A stretch of DNA of 56,587 nt, filler included, from Dugesia japonica (GCA_001938525.1; 6 parts of 6 records of this genome joined end to end with filler, not necessarily neighbours in it), one strand, 5' to 3'; positions 38,939 to 52,293 are shown, numbered from the whole stretch's first letter. Program-made: numbers and translations. The notes: generated by a model from the sequence alone, not told the origin.

Positions 38939-41900
38939 ATAATACTGATGAGGGAAACTATACTCAAAAGACAACATGATGAACAAAACACTCCACTTAT
39001 AGAAATCGGTTTATGGCAGTCTCATTTGGAAACAGTTGTCAATGTTCAAAAACAGTTGCATTTGCCAATAACAAAAGAAATTCTTGCTAATCTTGAAAGA
39101 GTTGATTCTCAATACTATCACTCTTTTGTCAATTTGATTATAGAAATCAGCGAAGAAAAACTTTATACGAAAGATATGCTAAAATATTTGAATCCAATCG
39201 GTTGCTGGTTTGAAAAATTCGATGAGGCAACAGAGACTGGAATAATCGTTTCACTCATCCCCCCGCTTTTAAGATTAATCTTTCTATTATGGAAATATAA
39301 CAAGTAAAAAACTTTTATTTTAGATAACAGTATTATTTCGTTATTGCCCACTACGATATAATTTGTGTTTAAATGTTTACTGAAAACGTCCAGTACGAGC
39401 ATTTTATAGTAATTTTATGCCTTTGGCATTTAGTGAACGTTTGAGAAAATAAAAAATGTTGACCTGGGAATCTTGAAATACTTATTAAAAGATATAACAT
39501 TATTCGGTACTTTCCTGTTATCTCGACCTCACATAAAATTTTATTTAATTTTCTAAAATCTTTTTATTCCAAATCATACAAAAAACAATAGAAATATATA
39601 TAATATATTTTATTTTATTTAAGATTGATTTTGTTTAATTTTGAAAATTAATTTATCAATATCTTAAGATTAAAAAAATTATAAAATTTTTGATGAGGTC
39701 GAGATAACCGGAAAGTACCCATTATTCATGAAATTTAAAATAAATTGTTAAATAAAATATGCAAATAGAACTAAATAGAAAATATCAGGTTGATGCATAC
39801 ATTTTGTCGGGTTTAATAATATATATACAGGGTGTTCCAATTTAAGGTTTCATTTTAAATTTTCAATAAAAGAAGCTAAAGTTATGAAATGTAGAAGTAT
39901 ATTTATTTACAATGATAGTACGTATATTTCGGTTTAACATGCAAGGGATCTCCTGCTGCTGCATAGCAAGCACCCATTCTTTTACAAAAGTTTTCTATAA
40001 CATTTTGGTACAACTGGGGCTTAATTTCACCATTTTCATAGATGATGTTCTCCTTAAGATCAACAATTGTTTTAGGATCGCTAATATACACATTTTCCTT
40101 TAAATAACCTCAAGAAAACATCTAGAGGCGTTAGATCGCAGGACCTGGGCGATCAATTGATGTTTGCATTTCGAGAAATTAATCTTTCACCAAATCGTTC
40201 TCTTCAAAGTGTAATTGTTTCTTTTGCCGTAAGAGATCTGGCACCATCCTGCTAAAACCACATGTTCTGGGTATCCATACCTTTCAATTTATGAAACAAA
40301 AATTTTCCAATCATATTTCGATATCGATCTCCGGTAACTGTTACATAATTCCAAGCTTCATTCTCAAAAAACAAGGACCGATAACATCACCCACCCAAAA
40401 CCCACACTAAACTTTTACCTTTGGTTAATGGAATTGTTTTTGTAGTATTTCATGCGGGATTCATTGCCCCAAATTCTACAATTCTGTTTGTGTGTTCACA
40501 AATCCTCCTAGTTCAAAATATTCTTTGTCGCTAAAGATCACTTTTTGGAAAAATGTTTCATTTTCATGCATATTTTCAATGGCCCATTTACTGAATTTAC
40601 GGCGTATTTCAAAGTCTGCCGGGTTTATTTGTTGAGTTATTTGAATATTGAATGCCTTAAAATGAAGATCCTCATGCAAAATTCTGAATAACGTCGTTCT
40701 TGGAATGGATAGTTGTTGTGGACGACGACGGATTGACGTTTTTGATTTCTCACTCACACTACAGCTTACAGCTGCAAAATTTGTTTCCGAGCGACCACTT
40801 TTATGATATTCGTGGCATCTTTAATCTTTTACCGAGCCACTTTTTATAAATTGTTTGATAACTTTTTGAATTGTCACATGTGACGGACAACTTTCTCTTC
40901 CTTATTCAGAATTAAATTTTCTGCGAACTTCGGGATAACTTTCGCCGTATTTAAAATAATTTGTTACCATAAATACTCTTTGTTCAATAGTATAACGATT
41001 CATTTTTAAAAACCGCATGAATTACTATTGCTTATTCAACAATTATTGATTTATTAAAAGAAAAATAGAAATAAATGGAATTAAATTTAAAATGTAACCT
41101 TAAATTGGAACTCCCTGTATTTATATAATGACATATTGATTATCAATAAAGAAGATAAGAAAAGAATTGTACTGGTAGGAAAATCCATACCCGATCTTAT
41201 AGATTTCATACACGATGACGAAATATTTGAGTGTAAGTTATTTTTGGCCAAATATGCAAAGATATGTAGAGCATCAACTAAAAAAATGCATGATATGTAA
41301 CATGCGTAAAACGTACACTGAGTGAACAAAGGAATTTCTTATTCCACGAACAGAATTTGGACCATTAGAAAAGGTTATCATGGATATCGCTTACTTTCCA
41401 TCATTGAAAACCAAAACTAAATATGTTCTTGTCATGGTTGACAGGTATAGTAAGCTAGTATTATTCGCAGCGTTAAGTAAATAGGATGAAACATCGGTAG
41501 TTGAGACAATAAAAGAAAACTGGATTTAAAGTTTTGTTAAGCCAAAATCGTTTTTGACCGAAAGAGCAAAAATCTTCGAAGGAAAGTTATTTTGCGGTCA
41601 CCTGAAGAGAAGTTTGAGATTCAACAAGAATTTTCGTCTCCATATCAACATCAATCAAATGGTTTAACAGAAAGAAATATCAGAACACTACAAGATATGA
41701 TGGTAACAACGATTAAGAACGGCTGCACAAAATCAAGTTTTGACAAATTGCTTCCACAAATTCAGTTTGTAATAAATGCAACACAACAAAAATTGACTGG
41801 TCTATCTCTCTTTGAAATTATCTTTGAAAGAAGGATAGTTTTAGACGGATTACCACAAGAAGGAAATCCGAAACACGAAGCAATGAAAAAACTGGTAGAT

Positions 41901-44900
41901 GAAAATTTACAGAAAGCAACTCAAAAATTAAGCAAATACGAATGTGAAAAGCGAATATCCAGACATTTTGAAGAAGGGGAAAAAGTATTCGTGAAAGTAG
42001 AACCATACAAGTTAAAGAAAAAAGGTTTCAGGTATGAGGGTCCTTAGTAAATTTATAAGCCCGCATGAAGTGCTTATAGGTTATTCAGGACAGCTTAAAC
42101 CCAAATGAATTGAATTTCTGAAGAAAATTAAAAATGAAAATTAAAAAGAGAGAGAGCAGTTATATAAAATGATATAAAGTTTTAAATTTGTTAAAATTAA
42201 ATGATATTATTTATTTACATAATTCATTATTAATAAATAGTTTCTTTGTTTAAATAAATAATTATGAAAAGTTCAAGTCTTTTAACTATAACAAAGAACA
42301 TCAATCTATGATATACTCTCCTCCATTGATAAATTTTCCTCCCAATATTTAGGTAACCTTTCGATTCCTATTTCGAACAAGGAATGTAAAGTTAATGTCT
42401 GTTCTATATTGTCCTATAAATTTTGTTTTCTTATGTTACAATTATCATCTGGGTTTAAATTATTATGCATCAGACTATTATCCTATTAGAAAACTATTTA
42501 ATATATTTAAGAGAACTAACCCAATAATTTGTCTAATTTTCATTAAAACCAATTTGTTATTGGAAATGACTATATTATAAATGATCCTTAGCAAAATTAA
42601 CTCGTTAACCATTAAATATCAATACTATAATTCTTATAAGCACTAAACTCAATTTATTTAATAACCAAGACCACTCTAATATTGAATTATATCTTACTGG
42701 AGATCAATCTTAATATAATTAACCACTTTAGACGACACTGTATTCTAATAATAAAATCTCATTTAGTCTATGATTATGATAATTATTACAGCTCTAAAGA
42801 ACAAATAGATCATTAATCTAAAAAAAATTAATCATAATAGACGATTAAAGACGTCGTGATTACAACTATGATAAACTCTTAAATTAATTCAGTACTCTAG
42901 TTAATAATATTAAATTAGTAATAGACTAAAATTAACATTAGTGCAAAATCTTAACTCTTAATTGATCCAATTGATAACTCATTATTAAAATCCTATTTTG
43001 ACAACCATTATTCTAAGGATCTTAAAATAAAACAATCCATGAGTATTTATAAATTATATTATATCAAAAACGAAATTAAAGTTAAGCCAACAAAGTTATA
43101 TCAAATCCCATTCAACAATATACAAGACACGTTTATTCAAAATCCATTCTCACAAAATAAATCACTATTAATCATTCAAATCATAAGCATAAAACATACT
43201 TACGTAAATCCTTTCATGGTAAAAACAGCATCCAATAGAACATTATCGTCATGTATAATCATCAGGACAGCATTGACATGCAATTCATAAATGGGCATCT
43301 TCGTGCATACGATGGGTTTAATATAATCGTTTACGGTTTCTTCGTTTATGGTTTCTTCCAGACACTTGTAGCTTGAATTAGTAATTATTTCTAAAATCGT
43401 AAAAGTGGATGCAATAGTCGTCGTATAAGACGATGATAATTTTGACTGAAATGCAGGTGTTTAAATAATTATAGAAACTTTTCTATTCTGCTCCTATCTC
43501 TTCTCTAATGGTACAAATTCATTCTTAATCNNNNNNNNNNNNNNNNNNNNNNNNNNNNNNNNNNNNNNNNNNNNNNNNNNNNNNNNNNNNNNNNNNNNNN
43601 NNNNNNNNNNNNNNNNNNNNNNNNNNNNNNNNNNNNNNNNNNNNNNNNNNNNNNNNNNNNNNNNNNNNNNNNNNNNNNNNNNNNNNNNNNNNNNNNNNNN
43701 NNNNNNATTATTAACTGGTGTTTTAAATATTAAATTTGATTTTTCTATTATTTAAAAATTATTTAATTCATTGTAAAATAATTATTTACTATTTAGATAC
43801 TATCACTTAGAAGAAAATATCCATAGATTTCTCAAAATATTCACAAATAAAGTTATTGAAAAAGTTTATTCAGTTCTTGGTGATTACCAAAATAAAGATG
43901 CTAAAGAAGTACAATTTCATTAAAAGTTTAATTAAAAAATTACTTGAATGCAATATTTAGAATTTATTAAATTTCAAAAATGCGTTGAAAATTTGTGCTA
44001 AATTTCGTGGAACCTATTTAGATACTCGAGATATGGTAGACCAAGTTAATCAGAAACATGAAGTAGAAAACGAAGATTTGATGTTAGTTGACTGCCTTTA
44101 TTATTATTATTANNNNNNNNNNNNNNNNNNNNNNNNNNNNNNNNNNNNNNNNNNNNNNNNNNNNNNNNNNNNNNNNNNNNNNNNNNNNNNNNNNNNNNNN
44201 NNNNNNNNNNNNNNNNNNNNNNNNNNNNNNNATTATTTTTATTATTATTTTCAAATTTAGTTTTAATTTAAATTCTAGTTCCAGATGAAATGTAAGGTAA
44301 ATAATTATAGCATGCGTTAATTTTATCATATGCACGAAACTTTTTCAAATTGGACTATATTTTTTGATAATTACACTGAAAAATCATTTTGCAACTTTAT
44401 TATTCATCATTGTATTTTATAAATAGAAATGATTATCTTTTTATAAAATAAATATTTTATTATATAACGTTTGGTATCACTTTAATGCCAAAATTTTTTT
44501 AATATATGTAAAGTTAGTCAGTTTTTAAGCGTGGTTTTGTTATCTCAAGGTTTTCAACAATTCTTTTTATTACCAGCAATCTAAAAAATGTGTTGCGGTT
44601 TTGATATTTATTACAGAATATTTTTATAATGAAAGTGTGTAACATTTTCGAATGTTTTTATGAATTTTCATTTGGAGATTAGTTTTTATTGTTTTCGAAC
44701 CACATAATTACGAATTTAATTTGATTTTCTTTTAATCGTTTATTTTATTTTCTAGTCCCCCTTTTTCCTTTAAAATATCGTAGGGTAATATGATTACAAT
44801 ATACAGATAATTTGTAATTTTTATGAGCAATTCACACAAATCGAGTGCAAATAATACAGTTTATAGCTATATTTATCAGCACAATTGATACTGTGGATCA

Positions 44901-46702
44901 ATAAAAATTTAATCTTGTATTGCGATCACATAAAAAGTTGGAGTTTAGTAATTCGCGTACATATTACCTAACTTTTACGTACAGTATAACAAAACGCCAA
45001 TTTCATACGACTGACAGTCAGTGTTGCCAAATGTAAATTCGCACTCGTACAAGACGAGTACATATGATTTTATACACTAAGAAAATGCTCGGGTTTCTCA
45101 GTTGTTTGTTTTGTTATTGCCATTAAAAATGAGTAATAGTGCATTTAGAGGTTGTTAAATTATGTAATGAAGTATAAGAACTACTAAAATATTTCCGTGG
45201 ACCACCAGTTGAATAACACTGGTTATAGCATCTTATCATTTAAAATTAGGATAATTATTTGTCTCCATTTTTTTTCTTGCAAGATTTTTTAAATGCTCTC
45301 AATAATATGTTAATAAAAGTTTATTCAAACGTCAAATTTTTTTAGAAGAATTTATTTGTTATCATTAAAAATTTTAAGTAATTTAACAAAATATTATACG
45401 TTCAATAAATTAAAAAGCTTAAATCAAAAAGATGGTTTTTAATTTTGGTTAGAACTTCGAATTTTTCACGATATATTCTTCCATGATTTACTTTTGTATT
45501 ATATTTATACTTTAGTATATTATACTTTATATGTTATGTATTATTATTTAATATAACTACTTTTTATTGAAAATTTAGAGTATTTTAGTTAAATGAATAA
45601 ATTGAATTTTGTTTAAAAGATCTATTTCTTCAGTTCTTAGGATTTTTGATAAATACGAAAATATTTTATTTTAAATCTTTGTTTATGCGTTCAAGCAAAA
45701 TTAATAAAATTAATTTATTATTTTTTAAAATCATTTATGTATTAAAATATATTAAAAATATANNNNNNNNNNNNNNNNNNNNNNNNNNNNNNNNNNNNNN
45801 NNNNNNNNNNNNATTTTGAATTTTAAATTATGAGATATTAAAATATTTTTCTTAGAGAGAATTTTTAACGATTTTTTCGAAATATAAAAACTGGAAACGA
45901 AAATTAGTATTTTATTAATGATTTTAATTGTGTTTTTGGTATANTTGAACTAATCAGCATGAAGTACTTTCGTGAATTTCTTTAAACATTTACTTCTATT
46001 TGATTAATGCATATTGTTTATTAGAGTAACAATTCTCATGATCATTTCATTTTACATTGAAATTGCTATTTTAGTTAATGATTTCACGTGACAAATGTTC
46101 TAGAATAGATGTTCCAATATTGTACCCGTCACTGTTTGACTTCAAAGACTCAGCGTTGTTTTAAATTTTACTTCAACTGCTAAATTATTGAATGATTATT
46201 CAAAGTAGAGACACCAACTAACCAAGTCTCTATATACTATTTGACATGTATTTCTTGTTAATGATAAAGTTGACAATTAATTTTATTTGTATGTTTAAAA
46301 TTCTTGTACATTATTAATTATAACCAAGAATAAATGTTCTCTAAAATAGGAAGGTGCACGAAGTTGTATTGGCAATTTTATATATGATGGTAATATTGGT
46401 AACCCCTGTTCTATGATATCACATGTGTCACAGTTCGATAAAATTATGTATTTTTTATCCAAATCTTTTTCAATAAATTTTGTTTGTATTTCATTGTTTA
46501 TTTACAGTCGTAATGCAACCAAAGGAGAAATGTGGCGGACAAAAGTTTATGGACCATATGCATTTAAATCAACATATAGATTGAAATCCGGAGTTTATCC
46601 AAATGAAACAGAAGAGGATTTAATTGACGAAATTTGTTTAATAAGTTTATGGCCTGCAAGAAATTCTTCGTGTTTTGACAGCCTTAACCGTTTTATTCAA
46701 AG
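38939..46702 (+). CDS. Axonemal dynein heavy chain, N-terminal (DHC_N1) exons 38939-39303, 43797-43908, 43961-44082, 46508-46702
   Basis: Phase-compatible GT-AG junctions give TPLIEIGLW...LKYLNPI...LIPPLLRLIFLLWKYNK|YYH...ALKICAKFRGTY...WPARNSSCFDSLNRFIQR. Paralogue not assignable. Confidence 0.85.
39506..39719. mobile_element. Merlin-type MITE
   Basis: TIRs GGTACTTTCCTGTTATCTCGACCTCA / TGAGGTCGAGATAACCGGAAAGTACC. Perfect 8-bp TSD CATTATTC. GGTAC terminus fits Merlin. Confidence 0.8.
39828..41117 (-). mobile_element. Full-length (1290 bp) DD37D/maT-like Tc1-mariner element, inactivated
   Basis: TA|CAGGGTGTTCCAATTTAAGGTT ... AACCTTAAATTGGAACTCCCTG|TA. Start MNRYTIEQRVFMV at 41003; motifs VIFSDKEYF, WF*QDGA and SPRSCDLTPLDVFL. 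Confidence 0.92.
41200..42291 (+). mobile_element. Gypsy integrase relic with PPT and 3' LTR-like segment
   Basis: KYVLVMVDRYSKLV, FSSPYQHQSNGLTERNIRT and RYEGP. Purine tract AAAAGAGAGAGAG at ~42144, then AGTTA...TATAACA ending at 42291. Confidence 0.8.
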
Positions 46703-48079
46703 GTAAATTTTCAATTAAAATTTTATTTATCAAAATTTCTTATGAATAAGATTTTCACAATTACAATAGTTTTAATTAGTTCATTTTTAATTTTTAACGT
46801 CATAACAAGCTATTAAAATTAATCACTAATAAAGTATTTAATATATATATATATATATTTCATATATTGTAAATAAAAACTAAATAAAATTATACAAACA
46901 GTAAATTCTTGTTTGAAGCTTTTAAATAATTTAATATACTCAGTTGAGATTTCAAAAGATCAAACCTTTTCATATAAAATTCGCATGAGAGTAAGAGTAT
47001 CAAGATTAACAGCACTTCTTTATGGATTATACTATAATATCTGATGAGGAGGACTGACTAAGGTATCAGCTAAATTTAATCGGTTTCATGACAAAAGCCC
47101 ACATCATAAAAGACCACATGAAAATAGTTCACACGGTGAAAATCCCACATTGACAAAAGTCCATGTTTTTTTATATATCGGTCATATTTATTATTTTAAT
47201 CTCAATTTTTCTTGTTTTGTGGGGTTGATTACAGTTGTTTTAATTGATTATTTATTGTTGTCGTATATAGATGTTGTTGAGATGTACAAAAATTAATTTT
47301 TTTTCGTACAATGTTTTCTTTTGTTAAATAAATTTTCATATAATAAAATTTCATTTAGACTTGAATAAAAAAATAATAAATTAAATTTATAAGGCAAATA
47401 AAATACGAAAACATTTAAAATAATNNNNNNNNNNNNNNNNNNNNNNNNNNNNNNNNNNNNNNNNNNNNTTAATTAATTAANNNNNNNNNNNNNNNNNNNN
47501 NNNNNNNNNNNNNNNNNNNNNNNNCTTGATTAGATTCGTCATAATGATAATTAATTTCTATGATTTCAATAGAAATGCAAGGATACTTTAACATTTTTTG
47601 TAAATCTTTTTTTATATTTTTTTTATATGAAAAAAACTTAAAATTTAACAATTAAAAAAATTAAATCATTCCATAAAAAAATTAAATAGAAATATTAATG
47701 AAAACTTNGTTTATTGAGTTTAGTTGGAAAGTAGAAATCGAATAAATTATAAAATAAAAATTGAAAGTAAATTTGTTTATTATAATTTTGTTTTTAAATA
47801 AATATTTTTATGTTGAAAGTTAATTTAATTAATTTTAAATAACTCGATTTAGAAAATAATCGACAATAATATTTTCAGACAATTATTATTTACAATATGA
47901 CATCATAAGGATAAAATTTGAATATACAATCTAAATATGACTTCATGTAAAGAATTTGTTTACATTATAAAATAAATAATAACCATATTTTATTGTTTCG
48001 TATCGAAAATTAAATTAATTAAAATATAAACAATAAGCCTTCGTTATCATTTCCAGTTATCCGTAGAAAATTTGAAATA

Positions 48080-48782
48080 ATGAATTTACTAGGAGTTTGG
48101 ACGTTGTAAGCTTTTTAAAGCAGACAATGATGAGATCTAAATTTTATTTTTTAGACAATTGACCAGTCTATTGTATAAGTACACAAATGTAATAGATGTT
48201 TCTCACCACAATGGAAAAATTGATTGGGCAACGGTGAAAAGTTCTGGCCTTAATTTTGCGTTTATCAAGTCTTCACAGGGAGCAAATTATATTGATCCTA
48301 TGTTTGTTTCAAATTGGAATAGTGCGTCAAAAAATCAATTTAATCTTGGCGCTTATCATTTCTACGAACCGAAAGTATCATATAAAAAACAATTTATGAA
48401 TTTTCGTAGTTGCTTATTAAAAGTAAATATAAGTCTTCCAAGCAACGCTATAGCTCTTGACGTGGAAAAGATTGGTAATATATCCAAAGCCCAATATTCC
48501 GACGATATTTATTCATTTCTTGAATTACTAAAATCGAATTTCGAAGTTCCTATTTTCCTTTATACTGGTAACTCATTTTGGAATGGTAACATTGATTGGA
48601 GAAGACATGATTTTACGCAATATTTACTTTGGGTTGCAAGTTATACTAAAAATCCTCAACCAACCATGCCTGGTAATTGGACAACATGGGGTTTGTGGCA
48701 ATATACCGATAAAGGCAAAGTTAATGGAATTAAAGGTTATGTAGATCTTAATTATCTTCCATTCGGAATTCCACAAAATTGA
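48080..48782 (+). CDS. GH25 (Chalaropsis-type) muramidase/lysozyme; exons 48080-48105 and 48155-48782
   Basis: Motifs IDVSHHNGKIDW, FAFIKSSQG, GAYHFY, ALDVE (DxE), LWVASY and WQYTDKGKVNGIKGYVDLN. A 49-nt GTAAG...TTTTTAG intron joins ATG 48080 in frame. AATAAA at 48812. Confidence 0.93.
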
Positions 48783-49477
48783 TAATAATCAATATAAAAT
48801 CTGCAACATTGAATAAACAAAATATTGATAATTATTAAACTTATTGCATACTTTGTTATTTTGATTATAATCACTTATCTCTTAATACTTTAATAGTATT
48901 TATAAATACTCTATTTTACTCATAACATTTACTTAATAAAAACAGATCTAATTTCTTCTGTTTTCTTATTATTTTTTAATTTTCAATAATAGTTTTAGAA
49001 AATTATTTTGGTTTAACATCATTGTGTGTAGGTGGATAGTAGCGCATTGGCTCTTCTCGTGTGTAAAAAATTGAGTTACAAATTTCATGTTTTTAGGCGG
49101 CAATAAAAATGTGTGTGATTGCGAAACTTTTGCACGTATTTTTGTTGTCTGTATAGTTCGATTTATTCGAATTTTTTATTGATTTTAATTTTTGGTATGA
49201 AATTTAAAATTTAAATTTTTAAAAATTAAATTTAGTGCCCATTTTTATTCTTTAATTCTCTTTAAAATTATTTGAATTTTCAATATGAATTTCTGTTTGT
49301 TTCCTTTTTGTGAGTTATTTAAATGTTCTAAGTAAATATTAGAATTTTCCTCAATGAATATTAGAATTTTGTCCTGGTATATATCTAAATTTTTAATCAG
49401 CTGTTCTTAAAATATTTCATTGGTGGATGTTAGTGATTCGTGGATTTTAAATATCTGGGAAATTTTTATATATATTA

Positions 49478-49600
49478 AAGTGGAACCTCTCAAAATTGAT
49501 AATCTAAGAAGCTGCAATATTTCTATTTCTGTATAATGGTGACCACCTCCCAAAAAGGGACCACTTCTTGAGAAAGTTGTCACTTTAGAGAGGTTTCATA
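49478..49600. mobile_element. Short Tigger-like MITE
   Basis: AGTGGAACCTCTCAAAATTGATAA / TTGTCACTTTAGAGAGGTTTCA inverted ends. Confidence 0.55.
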
Positions 49601-49722
49601 TTAAAATTTATTTTTTTTAAAACATTCAAATATTCATGTAAAAAATGTACTTAACAGATTTTTAAAATATAAAATATTTTTTAAAACGAAATTAATTTAA
49701 ATAATTTCTATATATTATATTA

Positions 49723-49865
49723 GGGACCATCCATTATGGATGTTCCCAAAAAAATAGCACTTTTTGACCCTCCCTTGTCCATTTCCAGGACCCTCCCTAT
49801 TGTCCACACGTGTCCCCTTTGTAGAGACTCCCCCTTCCGAGGGGATGTCCTTAATGGATGGTCCT
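49723..49865. mobile_element. PIF/Harbinger (Tourist-like) MITE
   Basis: TTA|GGGACCATCCATTA ... TAATGGATGGTCCT|TTA. Confidence 0.82.
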
Positions 49866-50016
49866 TTAGGCAAAATTATAAAAGTATAATTTATTTTAAA
49901 GAAATTATGCTGAAAAATAATTAAAAATATATGTAAAGTATAAATACTTTGTAGAATTAAAATGGATATTTTTAAAATATTTTATTACAAATTTCTCAGA
50001 TTACTTGTTTGAATAC

Positions 50017-50094
50017 TATGGATTATTCTATGGATTATTCTATGGATTATTCTATGGATTATCCTATGGATTATTCTATGGATTATTCTATGGT
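50017..50094. repeat. 12-bp tandem repeat (TATGGATTATTC), about 6.5 copies
   Basis: Directly visible; produces the MDYS-repeat ORF. Confidence 0.9.
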
Positions 50095-50952
50095 TTTCTC
50101 AGAGAAGGTACTAGCGCACTTGCACATTGCCCCTTATCCTAAGTGGTTTGATTATTTTGAATCAAAACCAGTATCATTGAATAGAGAATTAAAAGGTAAG
50201 TCAGAAATGCATCCGAACATTTTTTCTGAAAATGTATCCTTCCTTATGAAAATCTAGTTTGAAAGTTTAAATTAAAGACTTCAATAATTAATTTCTCAGT
50301 AAAAAATTATCGTATAATGACAAATTTGGTATCATTATTCTTAAAAATAAAAGTTCTTTAATTGCTATAAAGAGTTTTTTATATAAATATGCTTAGTTCT
50401 CTCAGAAAAGGTAGTGGCGTACTGGCACAGTTGAACACTGTGTTATAAAATTTCTCAGCTTCTAGTAATTGTATGACTTTGAAGATTGTACTATTCGATT
50501 CGAAATTAAAAACTCTATATAATTGCTTAATGAACTATTACTGAAAATGTATGCTTCTCGAAGTAACATATTATTATTGATTATATTTTTAATTATAATT
50601 AATTCATATCATTATTTTTACACCATTAAAATCAGAATAAAAAACTGCTTATATATTGCCTAAAATACTTATAGTTACAAATGCTTCCTTCTTACAATTG
50701 AATTGCATATGTTAATTTAAATTGTTTTCATTAAATTTAAAAATCTTATATGTTAATTGAAATAAGTGATTCTTTGAGTAAATTTCAAATTTTAATGGTT
50801 TTTATAATATAAATTTGATTTACTATTACAAATAAGCGTTAAAAATTAATTCTATTTATAATTGTGACGCTATTTTACTAATAAAATAAGCAGGATAAAA
50901 TTTTAAAACATTGAAATAATGCAATTTACATATAAATAATACTAAAAAGATA

Positions 50953-52293
50953 AAGCAGCGTAGCAAAGTGGAGGGGTGTTGTTTAATATGCCTCGGGCGT
51001 TACTCGCAGAGGGGCGGCGAATGGTCCTCAAAACAAATAGGATTTTCTGTGTCAAAATAAATTTAATAGTTTTTTTGGCGAAGCATATGCGACCAATAAA
51101 GTTTGAGAACCACTGTACATTGACATAATCGAATTTTCTAAAAGCATTAATAACTTATTCAACTGTTGGGCTTCTAGAATTTGAGTGTTAGAGCTTACAA
51201 TCGTATATTATTAATCGTGGATATAGTAAAAGATCCTTTCCCAAAACTTGTATTTGTGTAGGCCTTTTGTTATTATAGTCTAAAAGATGACATAGAAGTC
51301 ACAAGATTTGTGCTGACACTTTTCCCGGATTCAGTGGGTCTTTGTAGTAACCCGTCTTATAGCGTTGGGCCATATCACCTTAACGCCATTTACTTACGCT
51401 AATTATCAGAGTGATCCCAAAATTCAATTTAGGCTATACATTTAATTTCTAATCAAAATATGCACATGATACAAACTTGAATTATAAAAAATGTCATCTG
51501 TAAACCCTAAATCTAATCACACAATCACCACTGTCTTGATACTGCCATTCTGCCTTGCATAGTTCAGAATGATTACTTTTGTGGGCTTTGTCTGCGCTTG
51601 AATCCATCGGTTTGCATGATTCTTACATAGAATGCACATATCGGAGACTATAGTGTTCTTCGATTGGCATAGAACTCTACTACATTTGACAATATCCGAC
51701 ACGTACTCCTTAGATTTAATTCCTTCTCTCGTAAAAATCTATTCTTCTCAAGCAATTAATTTTTCTGTTGGCGTAGGGTCATGGTTTCCTTAATCAAGGT
51801 GGTGGATCTCAATTATCACTGCACGGCTTCTTCAACTTAAGTGGTTTCTGATGTTGCACTGGACTTCATTTAGGATTAAATCGACATAAATTAGTCGCTC
51901 AATCTTTACTACATGATTAAAAGAACATTTTTAGAATTAAATTAGACATGTTTTACATAATAAAATTGAAACCGTTTAAATCAAAATGGTGAATTCAACA
52001 ATGACTTTTATAAAAAAAGATTGAAATAAAAAATATCAAATAATGAAATCCAACTTGACTTATTTTTTGAATTCAACTACGTTTTTATTATAGCAAAGGG
52101 TCGCCGAATGGTCCTCAAGTCAAACAAGATTTTCTGAGTCAAAAAGAATTTAATAATTTTTTGGGCGAATGATATGCAACTGAGAAAACTTGGGAACAAC
52201 TGCTATATATTATATTAATATAGATTTTTCAAGTGTTGGGGGCGCCAAAATTGTGCAGTACCCCGGGCTCTAGTTATGTTCGCTACGCTACTG
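50953..52293. mobile_element. Composite non-autonomous hAT element
   Basis: Ends AAGCAGCGTAGCAAA / TTCGCTACGCTACTG. 8-bp TSD AAAAGATA / AAAACATA. Internal ~105-bp direct repeats at 51010-51115 and 52097-52203. Confidence 0.7.

Noticed and set aside
47041-47090. CTGATGAG hammerhead-like core
   Set aside because: No correctly placed GAAA or closing stems.
48159-48782. GH25 as bacterial contamination, or as cargo of the element starting at 49034
   Set aside because: The in-frame intron, polyA signal and host-like composition argue against contamination. The 49034 terminus points away from the gene, leaving it outside the element.
50009-50257. ORF with MDYS repeats
   Set aside because: By-product of a 12-bp tandem repeat in transposon-like DNA; no splice or homology support.
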